From a virus, in UHGV virus genome UHGV-0136707: a stretch of DNA of 42,322 bases; one strand, 5' to 3'. The translations under genes and the position numbers were made by a program. The notes beneath the pieces are model-generated. The model saw only the letters and a list, made by a program, of their open reading frames with translations. It searched no databases and was not told where the DNA came from. Numbering within the stretch: position 1 is the stretch's first letter; every line of letters starts with the position of its first letter. This document shows positions 40,669 to 42,322 of the stretch, piece by piece.

Positions 40669-40953
40669 GTGTGTGCTGGAGGGCAGCTGCATTCAAAAAA
40701 TGTGTGCTGCCGGGAAGGCTTGTCCAATTTCCCGTTTTTGATGTGCGCTGGAGGGGGACGCCCCGCAGTTTGCTCAGACTTTCCCTCCAGCACACATCTG
40801 TACATCCGTTTTTCCCTCCAGTGCACATGTAATTCTCTGTCTTTCCCTCCAGCACACATATTTGATACCAGTGATCCCTCCACAGCACATAATTCAATGC
40901 GACTTCCCTCTATCGCACATCTTAAACTTTTATTCTCCCTCCAGCACACATCG
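40668..40953. repeat. incA: incA: nine RepA iterons in two orientations
   Basis: Three forward copies (about 40669, 40700, 40740) and six reverse copies TCCCTCCAGCACACAT (about 40782, 40813, 40844, 40875, 40905, 40936) after the repA stop. Confidence 0.9.
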
Positions 40954-41164
40954 AAGCTGCCGGGCAAGCCGTTCTCACCAGTTGATAGAGAGTGAAGCCT
41001 GGCTGCCCGTTGAAGCAGGAAATCACCAAAATGATTCAGGCTACAACCTGAACGTAGAAGAAATCCGCGTCCTTTATGCGTGGAGGATGCCAAAGCATGT
41101 TGTGACACACCTTGCAAAGGAGTAAGCATGCAGAGAATGCTATGTACAAGCATCTACGCATACA

Positions 41165-41215
41165 TTATTATTTTATGCAGCATTTTTAATTAAATTCAAA
41201 AATACAGCATAAAGG
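41165..41215 (+). promoter_or_regulatory. par promoter region with imperfect palindrome
   Basis: ATGCAGCATTTTTAATTAAATTCAAAAATACAGCAT is an AT-rich imperfect inverted repeat just upstream of the parA Shine-Dalgarno. Confidence 0.4.
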
Positions 41216-41225
41216 ATGACTTTCG

Positions 41226-42322
41226 ATGAGTGATTCCAGCCAGCTTCACAAGGTTGCTCAAAGAGCAAACAGAATGCTCAATGTTCTGACTGAACAAGTA
41301 CAGTTGCAAAAGGATGAGCTACACGCGAACGAGTTTTACCAGGTCTATGCGAAAGCGGCACTGGCAAAATTGCCTCTACTGACTCGAGCGAACGTTGACT
41401 ATGCCGTAAGTGAAATGGAAGAAAAGGGTTATGTTTTCGATAAACGCCCTGCTGGCTCTTCAATGAAATATGCGATGTCAATTCAGAACATCATTGACAT
41501 ATATGAACATCGCGGAGTGCCAAAATACCGGGATCGCTACAGCGAAGCGTATGTGATTTTCATCTCCAATCTTAAAGGCGGTGTGTCAAAAACTGTATCG
41601 ACGGTTTCTCTGGCGCATGCAATGCGTGCCCACCCTCATCTTCTGATGGAAGATTTAAGGATTCTGGTTATTGACCTTGATCCGCAATCTTCAGCAACGA
41701 TGTTTTTAAGCCATAAACACTCTATTGGTATCGTAAACGCAACATCTGCACAGGCTATGTTGCAGAATGTAAGCCGTGAAGAGCTGTTAGAGGAGTTTAT
41801 TGTTCCTTCTGTTGTACCTGGGGTTGACGTTATGCCTGCGTCGATTGACGATGCCTTTATTGCATCCGATTGGAGAGAGCTGTGCAATGAGCATCTACCG
41901 GGTCAGAACATCCATGCTGTCCTGAAAGAAAATGTGATTGATAAGCTGAAGAGCGATTATGACTTTATCCTCGTTGATAGTGGTCCTCACCTTGACGCCT
42001 TCCTGAAAAATGCTTTGGCCTCGGCCAATATACTGTTTACACCTCTGCCGCCAGCAACTGTCGATTTCCACTCATCGCTTAAATACGTTGCCCGCCTTCC
42101 TGAGTTGGTAAAACTCATTTCGGATGAAGGCTGCGAGTGCCAGCTTGCGACTAACATTGGTTTTATGTCCAAGTTGAGTAACAAGGCAGATCATAAGTAT
42201 TGCCATAGCCTGGCTAAAGAAGTGTTCGGTGGGGATATGCTCGATGTCGTCCTCCCTCGCCTTGACGGTTTTGAACGTTGCGGCGAGTCTTTTGACACTG
42301 TTATTTCAGCTAACCCGGCAAC
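41226..42322 (+). CDS. parA: ParA partition ATPase, N-terminal ~365 codons (runs off window end)
   Basis: Hand-translated from ATG 41226 (AAGGA Shine-Dalgarno): MSDSSQLHKVAQRANRMLNVLTEQVQL... with the deviant Walker A ISNLKGGVSKTVSTVSLA. No stop before the window end, which is why it is absent from the ORF track. Confidence 0.92.
   Translation, partial: MSDSSQLHKVAQRANRMLNVLTEQVQLQKDELHANEFYQVYAKAALAKLPLLTRANVDYAVSEMEEKGYVFDKRPAGSSMKYAMSIQNIIDIYEHRGVPKYRDRYSEAYVIFISNLKGGVSKTVSTVSLAHAMRAHPHLLMEDLRILVIDLDPQSSATMFLSHKHSIGIVNATSAQAMLQNVSREELLEEFIVPSVVPGVDVMPASIDDAFIASDWRELCNEHLPGQNIHAVLKENVIDKLKSDYDFILVDSGPHLDAFLKNALASANILFTPLPPATVDFHSSLKYVARLPELVKLISDEGCECQLATNIGFMSKLSNKADHKYCHSLAKEVFGGDMLDVVLPRLDGFERCGESFDTVISANPA

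Noticed and set aside
39648-40953. Possible CRISPR array (short direct repeats)
   Set aside because: The repeats are 19-bp RepA iterons at 21-bp spacing flanking repA, with orientation switching in incA and no unique spacers; no cas genes in the window.
40568-41153. Several ORFs of 87-190 aa on both strands across the region after repA
   Set aside because: They are translations of the incA iteron array (repeated CCCTCCAGCACACAT units give repetitive peptide sequence) and overlap each other in several frames; non-coding.

Overview
This window reads as a near-complete slice of a P1-like phage-plasmid (bacteriophage P1 family), identified from memory of P1 protein sequences and gene order; no database search was possible. 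Left to right: start of a mat-like gene, ref, cra, cre and a canonical 34-bp loxP; the immC region (coi, c1) with several C1-operator-like 17-mers; pacB/pacA with the GATC-hexamer pac site inside pacA; lpa; the phd-doc toxin-antitoxin pair; humD behind a perfect LexA box; a ~13 kb block of about 25 minus-strand accessory genes (Ea22-like pair, ASCH, HAD phosphatase, coiled-coil protein, GT-like, Ser/Thr phosphatase, two MptE/DUF115-like paralogs, VRR-NUC, TraR-type zinc finger); a plus-strand six-gene operon ending in baseplate hub- and spike-like proteins; dbn-ban, tciABC and three tRNAs (CAU, Thr-UGU, Asn-GUU) with an ~0.9 kb non-coding tRNA-like repeat region; the bifunctional methyltransferase dmt; hrdC and uhr; a plus-strand operon (PAAR-like, hypothetical, overlapping spanin-like pair, hypothetical); and the plasmid replicon (oriR, incC iterons, repA, incA iterons, start of parA). 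Most of this is known P1 biology. The observations I consider most worth follow-up are a recurring GATTGATTGG motif, the tRNA-like repeat region inside the ban operon, a possible glyco-modification module, a tandem pair of zinc-ribbon paralogs, and a possible operator-controlled small RNA between ref and cra. Coordinates of hand-mapped sites may be off by 1-2 nt. Many of the small sites listed were located by eye and need computational confirmation.
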